Shown here piece by piece: positions 15,157 to 23,432 of a stretch of 32,000 bases of DNA. The notes below the pieces were generated by a model, which saw nothing but the letters and a program-made list of their open reading frames with translations, did not search any database and was not told the DNA's origin. Each line of letters begins with the position of its first letter. Position 1 is the stretch's first letter. This DNA is from Geotalea daltonii FRC-32. GTDB taxonomy: Bacteria > Desulfobacterota > Desulfuromonadia > Geobacterales > Geobacteraceae. The stretch covers positions 2,670,001 to 2,702,000 of the forward strand of contig NC_011979.1 of the NCBI RefSeq assembly GCF_000022265.1. The letters are read 5' to 3'. The position numbers were made by a program, and so were the translations under genes.

Positions 15157-17619
15157 CTAACCTGCGGTTTCAATATCTGCTGGAATTCCTTCTTCAACGT
15201 ATTCATCGACGTTTTCATGCATCCCGTTCAGCATGAAGTGCGACAGGGCGGGGATGAGGATGAGGGCGCCGAACATGTTCCAGAGGAACATGAAGGTGAG
15301 GAGGATCCCCATGTCGGCCTGGAACTTGATCGGCGACAGTGACCAGGTGATGACGCCGCCGGCCAGGGTGATCCCGACCAGACCTACGACCTTGCCCGTG
15401 AACTGGACCGCCTTCTGGTACGCCTCGCCGAGCGGCAGCCCCTCCCGCTGGTACTTGAGCTGCATGCTCAGGAGATACAGGGCGTAGTCGATGCCGATGC
15501 CGACCCCAAGCGCGATGACCGGCAGGGTGGCGACCTTGACGCCGATGCCGAGCGCGACCATCAGCGCCTCGCACAGGATAGAGGTGAGGATGAGCGGCAG
15601 GATCGCCACCAGGACGGCACGCCAGCTCCTGAAGGTGATGAAGCAGAGCACGATGACGGCGCCGTAGACGTAAAGCAGCATGGTGCGGTTGGCCGACTTG
15701 ACCACGATGTTGGTGGCGGCCTCGATGCCGGAGCTGCCGGCGGCCAAAAGGAACTGCCGATCCTTGGTGGTGTGTTTTTTGACGAATTCCTCGGCCACGG
15801 TGAGGACCCGGCTCAGGGTCTCGGCCTTATGGTCGGAGAGGTAGGCGATGACCGGGGTGACCGAGATGGTGCTGTTGATCAGGTCCGGATTGTCGAAACA
15901 GGACTGCTGGCCGCTGTAGTTGAGGACCTCCTGGCTGCGGTTCAAGGTGTACCATTTCGGATTGCCGTCATAGGTGCCGGCGGTGATCATCCGGATGGCG
16001 TCGGACATGGTGACGGTGGTCTGGACGCCGGGCACCTGCTGCATGGCCAAGGCGAGGCGGTCGGCCTCGATGAGCGGCTCATATTTGATGGCACCCTCGG
16101 TGGGGGTCTTGAGGATGACGGCGAACTGGTCGCTGGAGAGGGAATAGTTGCTGGTGATGTAGTTGTTGTCCTTGTTGTAGCGTGAATTGGGCCTCAGTTC
16201 CGGCGCGCCTGGATCCAGGTCGCCGATCTTCAGGTTGAGGCTGACGACGAATCCGGCCACGGCCAGGATTGCCGAGACGACCACGGCGCGGGTGGCCCAG
16301 CGGCGTTGGGTGAAGTGGTCCAGAAGGCTCCACAGGGCGCCGACTCCTTTGCCGGTATTTTCTTCGCTCTCCTCCTGGAGGCTTCTGCGGGCAGCCTTGG
16401 GGCTGACTCCGGTGTAGGAGAGGAAGACCGGCAAGAGCAAGAGGTTGGTGATGACCAGGCCGGCCACGCCGATGCTGGCGGTCAGCGCCAGGTCCTTGAT
16501 GACCGGGATGTCGATAAGCATCAGGACGGCAAAGCCGACCGCATCGGCCATGAGGGCGGTTAGGCCTGCCAGGAACAGCCGGCGGAAGGTGTAGCGAGCC
16601 GCCACCAGTTTGTGGGTGCCGCGTCCCACGTCCTGCATGATGCCGTTCATCTTCTGCACCCCGTGGGAGACGCCGATGGCAAAGACCAGGAACGGCACCA
16701 GGATGGAGTAGGGGTCCAGTTCGAAGCCCAGCGTGGCGACGATTCCCAGCTGCCAGATGACTGCCACCACCGAACAGATGATGACCAGCCCCGTGCTCCG
16801 GATGCAGCGGGTGTAGAAGAAGATGACGATGGCTGCGATCAGGGCGGCGATGCCGAAATAGGTCATCACCTGCATCAGGCCGTCGATCAGGTCACCCACC
16901 AGCTTGGCAAAGCCGACGATATGGATCTTGATCTCGCCCTTGCCCATTGCCTCGTACTTCTTCCGGATGTCGTTCTCGATCTGCTTGGAGAAGGCGTTGT
17001 AGTCGAGCCTTTTTCCCGTGCTGGGGTCCTTGTCCAAAAGCGGCACAAAGACCATTGCCGATTTGTAGTTGGTGGCCAGGAGGCTCCCCACGATGCCGGA
17101 ACGGGTGATGTTCTGCTTGAGCTTCGACACCTTCTCTTCCGAGCCGTCGAAGTTGTCCGGCATGACCGGCCCCCCCTGGAATCCCTCCTCGGTGACCTCG
17201 TTCCAACGGACCGCCGGTGTCCAGATAGACTTGACCCAGGCCCGGTCCACCCCGGGGGTGAGCACCAGATCGTCGTTCACCTGCCGTAAAATATCCAGGT
17301 ACTGGGGATCGAAGATGTCCCCCCTGGTGTTCTCCACCACCACCCGGATCGAATTGCCCAGGCCCGGCAGGTCCTGTTTGTTGGCCAGATAGTTCTTGAT
17401 GTAGGGGTGGCTCTGGGGGAGCATCTTCTCGAAGCTCGCGTTGAAGACAATTCTCGTTGTCTGGTAGGCAAGGGCCAGGGTGACAACCACGCAGGCGATC
17501 ATCACCGCCAGCCGGTTGTTGAAGATCAGCCGCTCAAGCATGTTGCCGGATTTCGGGTCGAAATCCTTCAGCTCCTTGACTACCGGCATTTCCTCTGATT
17601 TTTCCATTCCAACTGCCAT
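15157..17619 (-). CDS. RND-superfamily inner-membrane transporter (HAE3/HpnN/MMPL-like, 820 aa)
   Basis: Two blocks of multiple hydrophobic helices are separated by large soluble loops. GGGAGA RBS. It is the terminal gene of the DUF1302/DUF1329/BNR/RND set. Confidence 0.75.
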   Translation of the reverse strand: MAVGMEKSEEMPVVKELKDFDPKSGNMLERLIFNNRLAVMIACVVVTLALAYQTTRIVFNASFEKMLPQSHPYIKNYLANKQDLPGLGNSIRVVVENTRGDIFDPQYLDILRQVNDDLVLTPGVDRAWVKSIWTPAVRWNEVTEEGFQGGPVMPDNFDGSEEKVSKLKQNITRSGIVGSLLATNYKSAMVFVPLLDKDPSTGKRLDYNAFSKQIENDIRKKYEAMGKGEIKIHIVGFAKLVGDLIDGLMQVMTYFGIAALIAAIVIFFYTRCIRSTGLVIICSVVAVIWQLGIVATLGFELDPYSILVPFLVFAIGVSHGVQKMNGIMQDVGRGTHKLVAARYTFRRLFLAGLTALMADAVGFAVLMLIDIPVIKDLALTASIGVAGLVITNLLLLPVFLSYTGVSPKAARRSLQEESEENTGKGVGALWSLLDHFTQRRWATRAVVVSAILAVAGFVVSLNLKIGDLDPGAPELRPNSRYNKDNNYITSNYSLSSDQFAVILKTPTEGAIKYEPLIEADRLALAMQQVPGVQTTVTMSDAIRMITAGTYDGNPKWYTLNRSQEVLNYSGQQSCFDNPDLINSTISVTPVIAYLSDHKAETLSRVLTVAEEFVKKHTTKDRQFLLAAGSSGIEAATNIVVKSANRTMLLYVYGAVIVLCFITFRSWRAVLVAILPLILTSILCEALMVALGIGVKVATLPVIALGVGIGIDYALYLLSMQLKYQREGLPLGEAYQKAVQFTGKVVGLVGITLAGGVITWSLSPIKFQADMGILLTFMFLWNMFGALILIPALSHFMLNGMHENVDEYVEEGIPADIETAG

Positions 17620-17725
17620 GTCAGTTCTCCCTGTTTTAACTGGTTTTTAATTGCAATCTGCATGACGTGAATCGCAGGGGCAACCCCATGTGCCTGCCCA
17701 ACAGGAGCGGCCACACAGGCCGTTA

Positions 17726-18832
17726 CTACCTGATCTCTTGCACCTTCACGCCCCGCTTGCCGACCAGGGCCAGGGTGTTGCCGTCAATGGCGGCCACACC
17801 GGCGGCCGGGGTCGGCCGGTCTATCTTGAGCTGGTTGAAACTGGTGCCGTTATCGGCACTTACCAGCACATGTCCTCCCTGGCTTACCAGGACGATCTTG
17901 CCATCCTCGGTAACGGTGCCGGCCATCAGGCCGACCGGGATGCCGGTTTCAACCTTCTGCCAAGTGGAACCGCCGTCCTTGCTTTTGAAGGCATTGCCGC
18001 GCATGCCGTAGGCGATTACCGCCCCGTGCTTGCCGGTGATGCCGAAAAAGGTGCCGGTATAGGCGGTCTTCAGCGCCGTGAAACGTTTCTTTGCCTGGTC
18101 CAGCTTGAACAAAGTCCCCTGCTCGGAGCTGATGAACAGATCTTTGCCGACAGGGCGGATGGCATAGAGATGAAAGCGCTTCGGGTTGTCGATCCTGTCG
18201 TACCAGGGGGTCCAGCTCTTGCCGCCGTCCACCGTACGGAAGATCAGGTTGAAGGCGCCGACGATGAAGCCGGTGGTGTCGCTCTCGAACCACACGTCCA
18301 GAAACGGCTTGTCAGGCCCTTGATCGACGAATTTCTTTATTTCCGCCATCATTGCCGCGGTCTCCGGCCCGCCCGGCGCGCTTACCGGCGTATTTCCAGG
18401 GGCGTGGCAGGTGCCGCAGCTGTTGGTTCCCATGTAGTGGCCTATCAGGACCTGGGCCGCTGCCCGGCCGTCGAATTGCTTGACCCAGTTGGCCCCGCCG
18501 TCTTCTGAGTGCAGTACCACCCCGTCGTGCCCAACGGCCCATCCCTTCTGTGCCGACGGGAAATGCACCGCCAACAGATCGGAGCTCACTGGGACGCCGG
18601 CCTGGGTCCAGCTCTTCCCCTGGTCGTCGGAGTAGACGATGTGGCCGTGTTGGCCCACCCCCACCACCCGCTTCCCTGCCGTGGCGACGCTGATGAGAAG
18701 GGTCTTGCCCACATGCCGGCTCTTCAGCGCCGGCGTGTCGAGAACATCGTGGAAGGAAGCTGCGGCAAACGTGACGAATGAGAGCATGACCACGGCGGCT
18801 GCCGGCAATATAGTTAGTATTCTCGACTTCAT
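17726..18832 (-). CDS. Secreted BNR/Asp-box repeat beta-propeller protein (Ycf48-like)
   Basis: Signal peptide MKSRILTILPAAAVVMLSFVTFAAA. Repeated SxDxGxxW boxes: SDDQGKSW, SEDGGANW, TVDGGKSW, SKDGGSTW, SADNGTSF. Confidence 0.75.
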   Translation of the reverse strand: MKSRILTILPAAAVVMLSFVTFAAASFHDVLDTPALKSRHVGKTLLISVATAGKRVVGVGQHGHIVYSDDQGKSWTQAGVPVSSDLLAVHFPSAQKGWAVGHDGVVLHSEDGGANWVKQFDGRAAAQVLIGHYMGTNSCGTCHAPGNTPVSAPGGPETAAMMAEIKKFVDQGPDKPFLDVWFESDTTGFIVGAFNLIFRTVDGGKSWTPWYDRIDNPKRFHLYAIRPVGKDLFISSEQGTLFKLDQAKKRFTALKTAYTGTFFGITGKHGAVIAYGMRGNAFKSKDGGSTWQKVETGIPVGLMAGTVTEDGKIVLVSQGGHVLVSADNGTSFNQLKIDRPTPAAGVAAIDGNTLALVGKRGVKVQEIR

Positions 18833-18909
18833 AGTTTCTCCCTTTCAGTGTATCTGCGAAGGCACTCCCGACGCTTCTTTTCATCCAGTCGCCGGGAGTG
18901 CCCTCCAGC

Positions 18910-20265
18910 TTACCTTATGCCTTGGCCTGCCAGTGAATCGGAAGTCCATTCCCTGCGCGGGAAGGCTGTTTTGCCATGGATGATTCCCTGTTTGCCCGTT
19001 ACAGGTAACGCGTTTATGGCATAGGAATCCGTAAGCAGGTCATGGACGAGGAAGCTGTCGCCAAAAGCGCAGGGAGAATCGTAACTGGGGGTTATATAGG
19101 TGAAGCCGACCCGGTAGAGCTGTCCCCTGCCGTCGTACTGATCGGCAGCAGCGGCTCTCCAGCTGTCTTCATCCAGGTAGAATACCCGTTTGCTGTAAAG
19201 GTGGCGTTTCCCCGGTTTCAGGGTCGCCTCCACCACCCAGACACGGTGCAGTTCCCAACGCACCAGATCGGGATTCAGATGTTTCGCTTTCAGGACATCC
19301 TTCTCGTGGTTGGACTGGTACAGCATCTTGTAATCGTTGTACGGAATGTACATTTCTTTCTTGCCCACAAGCTTCCAGTTGTAACGTTCAGGCGAGCCGC
19401 TGAACAGGAAGAGATCGTCCCAGGTGGTTTGCCCGCCATATATGGAGCAGGGGGTGTCGAAGGAGAGGTCCGGTGCCAGTTTCACACGCCGCTGGCCGGG
19501 GAGATACTGCCATCCCTGTCTGGCGTTACGGGCATAATCGAGCGGGTCTATTATCAGGAACGACTCGCCGACTCGGCGACTTGGCCCGACGTAATTCACT
19601 TTGAGGGCGTAGAAGTCTTTGGCGTTGGGAGTTTTGGGATCGTAATAGAAGAACTCCTGCTTCACATTCCCATCGGTCTGCATGGTCGGCCGGCCGCCAG
19701 CGTCCACGGTATAGGAACGGTACCTTTCCTGATATGTCACATCCTCGTAATGGAGGATGTGATTCCATATGGCTTCGATGCCGCTCTTGGGTATGGGGAA
19801 GGGGTAGCCGGCGTGGGCGCCGGTAAAGGCCAGACCATTGTCGGTCAGCTTCGCCGTCAATGCGTGCCTTTTGGTGTTCTCCTGGACATATTTGGGGTGG
19901 GCGGCGGATCGATAGGTCTTGTACACGTCGATACGGAAGCTGGGATACTTCTTCAGCATCGCTTTGGCTCCCTCTGAGAGCTTGTTTGCATACTGGGCCA
20001 TGTTCTTGGCGGTGATGGAGAACAGGGGTTTTTCACCCGCATAGGGGTCGGGCCGCCAACCGTCATTTTTGTAGCCTGCCGGCGACTTGGTGTTGCCGCC
20101 GGTGTACTCCGGGATAGTGCCTTCCTTGTTGCCGGCCTTTTCGGCGCCGATCATTGTCAGGTTCTTGCCGAGCTGTGCGGCCTCCTCCTGGGATACCGCT
20201 GCCAGGGCCACCCCGGAAAAGGTAAGGACCAGCAGGGCTGCAAATGAATATTTTAGTTTCAACAT
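18910..20265 (-). CDS. DUF1329 family periplasmic protein (LolA/LolB-like clan as I recall)
   Basis: Signal peptide MLKLKYSFAALLVLTFSGVALA. Family-typical N-terminus GAEKAGNKEGTIPEYTGG. AAGGAG RBS. It lies 17 nt after the DUF1302 gene. Confidence 0.7.
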   Translation of the reverse strand: MLKLKYSFAALLVLTFSGVALAAVSQEEAAQLGKNLTMIGAEKAGNKEGTIPEYTGGNTKSPAGYKNDGWRPDPYAGEKPLFSITAKNMAQYANKLSEGAKAMLKKYPSFRIDVYKTYRSAAHPKYVQENTKRHALTAKLTDNGLAFTGAHAGYPFPIPKSGIEAIWNHILHYEDVTYQERYRSYTVDAGGRPTMQTDGNVKQEFFYYDPKTPNAKDFYALKVNYVGPSRRVGESFLIIDPLDYARNARQGWQYLPGQRRVKLAPDLSFDTPCSIYGGQTTWDDLFLFSGSPERYNWKLVGKKEMYIPYNDYKMLYQSNHEKDVLKAKHLNPDLVRWELHRVWVVEATLKPGKRHLYSKRVFYLDEDSWRAAAADQYDGRGQLYRVGFTYITPSYDSPCAFGDSFLVHDLLTDSYAINALPVTGKQGIIHGKTAFPRREWTSDSLAGQGIR

Positions 20266-20282
20266 TTTGTTATCTCCTTTTC

Positions 20283-21974
20283 TTAGAAACTGGTTTTAAA
20301 AGTCAGGGAAAGCAGGTCGCGGTCCTTGAGTACCCCGTAGATGTCACCGGCGCCGTCTCCTGCTACCGAAGCCAACCCGGGGAAGGGGATCTGGCCGTTG
20401 GCGTCGGGATGGAGGGTGCCGAAAAAGCTTGCATAGGTAAGATCGATTTTGTACTTGGCCAGGATGTCGAAGGAGAGACCGACACTGTAACTGCCGCTCT
20501 TTTTGGCGCCGCCGCCGGTGACAGCCGAGTTGCCTGAAATGCCGGTCGCGACGTTGATGGGCATGGCAAGGTCGACGCTGGGGAATACCTGTTTCCATTC
20601 CGGCACGAAATTCAGCGTGACAGTGGTATTGTCGCGGGTCGGCTTGTCGAGACCGCCGTATTCGGCGCGTCCGTTATAGAATTCCGGATTCTTGGTGACC
20701 CTGACCATGCGTCCGTAAGTGAATTCCAGGATCGCCGTACCCGTATGGAAAAGCGGCGTCTTGGGGAGGACGCTCAGGAAGTTCAACACGGCGTGCATGG
20801 TGTCTCCCCGTGCGCCCACCGGTGCCAGGGTCGTACTGGCGATGGGCATGTTGTGGCGGTAGGAGACCTCGGACCCTACGCTTATTCCGAAGAATTGCTT
20901 GGCGAAACTCAGGCCGTAGAGGTCGATGTTGGAGCCGTAGGCGAAGTGGTATCGCAGCGGGATCGGTGAGACCCCGTCGTAGTCCCCCACAACCTGGGGC
21001 AGTTTGTCCGAAAATCTGCGGTAGTAAGCCCCGATAGTACCTTTGAGTCCCTCAGGGCTGTAGCGGGCCGCGATTCCCCAGTCCCCCACCTGCCTCGGCT
21101 CACGGGGGCCGCCGTTACGGGGATTGATGAGCGGGTTCATGTTGAGGATGACCGATTCTCCACCCTCCAGAAAGGGGTCGTACATTCCCAGGTAGGTCCC
21201 CGACTCAGGGAACAGGGAGGGCTCCCACTGCAGGTAGTACTGTGCTGCAATGGATAAATCATTGGTTGGCTGCACCTGGACCGAGACCTGGTTGAGGGGC
21301 CGGAAGATCTCTTTCAGTTCCACACCGGGCATGCTGAGCGCCTTGGCCAGATCGATGGGAGATTGGCCGTAGGAAATGCCGTTCATTCCCGCATAGGGGA
21401 AAAAAGCCTCACCCCAATAGATCGTGTGGCGCCCGACCCTGGTGTTGACGGGAACCTCACCCAGGTCTACCTTGGCAAAGGCGAAGGCGTCCAGTAGTTC
21501 GGCATCGAGTCCGTAGCGGTCCCGGGCAAAGGGACTGATACCTAAAGCTTGCCGGTCGTTGACGATGTGGTTTTCGGTCGCTACAGAGTCATTGTCGAAC
21601 CCGCGCCTGTACATGGGGTCATACCAAGCCGCTGCGCTGAGCCGGATCCCGAAGTCATTCTTGTATACCGCATCCGCCTCGGTAAGGAGGTCCAGGCGGC
21701 TGGAGACGATCCCCCGGCCGAAATTGCGGTCGCCGTCATCGTTGTTGATGCTGTTGGTGATCGCCGGATTCCGCCCCTTCACCCGTGAAGCCAGGGTGTA
21801 TCTTAAGGTGTTGTCCCAATGGACTACCAGATCCTCGCTTCCGGTGGGAATCTCCAGCGCATCGGCACTGCCGCAGATGCTCGTCACTGCTATCAATGCC
21901 ACTGCCAGGCACTTCTGGCGGCTGATGAACCGCGGCGCAGCTTTATGCTTTAAAGTGTGTATTGCCTTCCCCAT
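20283..21974 (-). CDS. DUF1302 family protein, probable outer-membrane beta-barrel
   Basis: N-terminal signal-like segment. Family-typical WDNTLRYTLASR...NDDGDRNF...SSRLDLLTE. C-terminal ...SLTFKTSF (aromatic terminus). AGGAGG RBS. Confidence 0.7.
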   Translation of the reverse strand: MGKAIHTLKHKAAPRFISRQKCLAVALIAVTSICGSADALEIPTGSEDLVVHWDNTLRYTLASRVKGRNPAITNSINNDDGDRNFGRGIVSSRLDLLTEADAVYKNDFGIRLSAAAWYDPMYRRGFDNDSVATENHIVNDRQALGISPFARDRYGLDAELLDAFAFAKVDLGEVPVNTRVGRHTIYWGEAFFPYAGMNGISYGQSPIDLAKALSMPGVELKEIFRPLNQVSVQVQPTNDLSIAAQYYLQWEPSLFPESGTYLGMYDPFLEGGESVILNMNPLINPRNGGPREPRQVGDWGIAARYSPEGLKGTIGAYYRRFSDKLPQVVGDYDGVSPIPLRYHFAYGSNIDLYGLSFAKQFFGISVGSEVSYRHNMPIASTTLAPVGARGDTMHAVLNFLSVLPKTPLFHTGTAILEFTYGRMVRVTKNPEFYNGRAEYGGLDKPTRDNTTVTLNFVPEWKQVFPSVDLAMPINVATGISGNSAVTGGGAKKSGSYSVGLSFDILAKYKIDLTYASFFGTLHPDANGQIPFPGLASVAGDGAGDIYGVLKDRDLLSLTFKTSF

Positions 21975-22032
21975 CTACTCCTCCTATTTGATGTACTGCC
22001 CAGTGATGCCCCCGATTGCGGCGACTCCGCAA

Positions 22033-23094
22033 TCAAGCAAGGAAATGCATCTGGGACATGCATCTGTCCATGTGCTGCAGGATGTCCCGGCAAGCTTCCC
22101 CGTAGAGATCCCTTGCCGAACTGCCGTTGGAGCGCAGTGCCTGTGCAATGGCCTTCCCGCACCGGTAGCCGCTATCCATCGCAGCACTGATCCCTTCGCA
22201 GTTAAGGTAGATGAAACCGGCCGCTTCTCCGGTGACGAGCACCTTTTCCTGACCCAGGAAGATCGGCAGCAGTTCACAGGTGCATCCCTCGTCCCGCCAA
22301 TGTTCGCCGAAGCTGACGCCAAACCGGCCTGACAGCAACTCTTTGAACTTTTCCATGGATTGGCGAAGGTTGCGTCCGTCCATTCCCCCCACATGCATGA
22401 CCAGGTACTCGTCCTTCTGATGTACGCAGAGAATGTAATCTCCGATTTCCTGTCTCAGAAATACGGTCCATCCGTTTGGCTTCAACGAGCCCAGTGACTT
22501 TACCTTGTAATAACTCTGATAGGATGCGAGCTTGTGCCGCTGGGCGTACTCCGGATTCTGTGCGTGCAGCAAACGCCTCACGGTGGAATCGTTGCCGTCC
22601 GCACCCACGAAATATTCGCACTTGAAGACGGCAGATTCGTTTGTCCGCGACATATGGACATGAACGTCGACTGTGCTGCCACCGGCGTCGAAGGCCTTCA
22701 CTTTTGCACCGTCGCGGTACTCGGCCCCCGATTGGTCCAGCAGCCACTTGTCGAACTTGTCTCGCCAGATATTGTGATAGGTGCGAGAGAACTTCCTGCC
22801 GTCTTTGTCGATTTCCCAGGTGTACGGGATATAACCCTGCTCATCATCCCATTCGCGGATGTCGTCCGCTTCCACGAATTTATTGCCGCAATACACCTCG
22901 GCCGGGACGTGGGTCCCGAAATAGGCTCTGATCAGTTCCTGTGTCTGTCCGAACAACACTCCCGAACAGGTTTTGTGTCGGGGAAGAATTTCCTTTTCCA
23001 GGACCAGGACACTGAAACCTTCATCCTTGAGCGCCTTTGCACAGGTGGAGCCTGCCGGCCCGGAGCCGGCTATCACCACGTCGTACTGTTGCAT
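22033..23094 (-). CDS. FAD-dependent oxidoreductase, geranylgeranyl-reductase/FixC-like family
   Basis: YDVVIAGSGPAGSTCAKALKDEGFSVLVLEK (GxGxxG...E), FVGADGNDSTVRR (GADG motif), VLVTGEAAGFI...EGISAAMDSG (GDAAG-like). AGGAGG RBS directly after a hairpin. Confidence 0.7.
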   Translation of the reverse strand: MQQYDVVIAGSGPAGSTCAKALKDEGFSVLVLEKEILPRHKTCSGVLFGQTQELIRAYFGTHVPAEVYCGNKFVEADDIREWDDEQGYIPYTWEIDKDGRKFSRTYHNIWRDKFDKWLLDQSGAEYRDGAKVKAFDAGGSTVDVHVHMSRTNESAVFKCEYFVGADGNDSTVRRLLHAQNPEYAQRHKLASYQSYYKVKSLGSLKPNGWTVFLRQEIGDYILCVHQKDEYLVMHVGGMDGRNLRQSMEKFKELLSGRFGVSFGEHWRDEGCTCELLPIFLGQEKVLVTGEAAGFIYLNCEGISAAMDSGYRCGKAIAQALRSNGSSARDLYGEACRDILQHMDRCMSQMHFLA

Positions 23095-23107
23095 TCAATC
23101 CTCCTGG

Positions 23108-23137
23108 CTTCCCCCCTGACCCGGATCAGGGGGGAAG
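23108..23137 (-). other. Strong intercistronic stem-loop between bssB2 and the flavoprotein gene
   Basis: cttcccccctga-cccgga-tcaggggggaag forms a 12-bp perfect GC-rich stem. It has no U-tract. The RBS of the next gene starts 2 nt after the stem. Confidence 0.55.
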
Positions 23138-23170
23138 GTATTAGAGTCGGAAAGGGTACGTCCCGTTACT

Positions 23171-23398
23171 TCACACATGCTCCCTGAAACTGAGCTTTCC
23201 TTCTTCGTGTTTGGCGCAGGTCATGGTGTTCACGTCGGTTACCCACCGTTTCCAAACGCCCCCCATCTTGTTTCTGTTGACCGTGCATTGCCCCCGCAGC
23301 GGATTGGTGGGGTCTGCAATCTGCCATTTACAGCTTTGGCAAGGTTTTTTCGTGCCGGCCTCTTGGTGCATCATGTACTCGTCGACAGTTGTGCTCAC
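23171..23398 (-). CDS. bssB: Benzylsuccinate synthase beta subunit, copy 2
   Basis: KKPCQSCKWQIADPTNPLRGQCTVNRNKMGGVWKRWVTDVNTMTCAKHEEGKLSFREHV. I prefer GTG 23398, 5 nt after AGGAGG. The track's TTG at 23422 has no RBS. Confidence 0.85.
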   Translation of the reverse strand: MSTTVDEYMMHQEAGTKKPCQSCKWQIADPTNPLRGQCTVNRNKMGGVWKRWVTDVNTMTCAKHEEGKLSFREHV

Positions 23399-23432
23399 TA
23401 TTGCCTCCTGTGGTCCTGCCAAAGACCATTTG

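Noticed and set aside
15215-17598. Multiple 60-225-aa ORFs on both strands within the RND gene (for example 16612-17289 plus strand, 15215-15574 minus strand).
   Set aside because: Their translations are rich in Arg, Gly, His, Asp and Pro, as expected from off-frame reading of a high-GC membrane-protein gene. The 820-aa frame gives coherent transmembrane segments.
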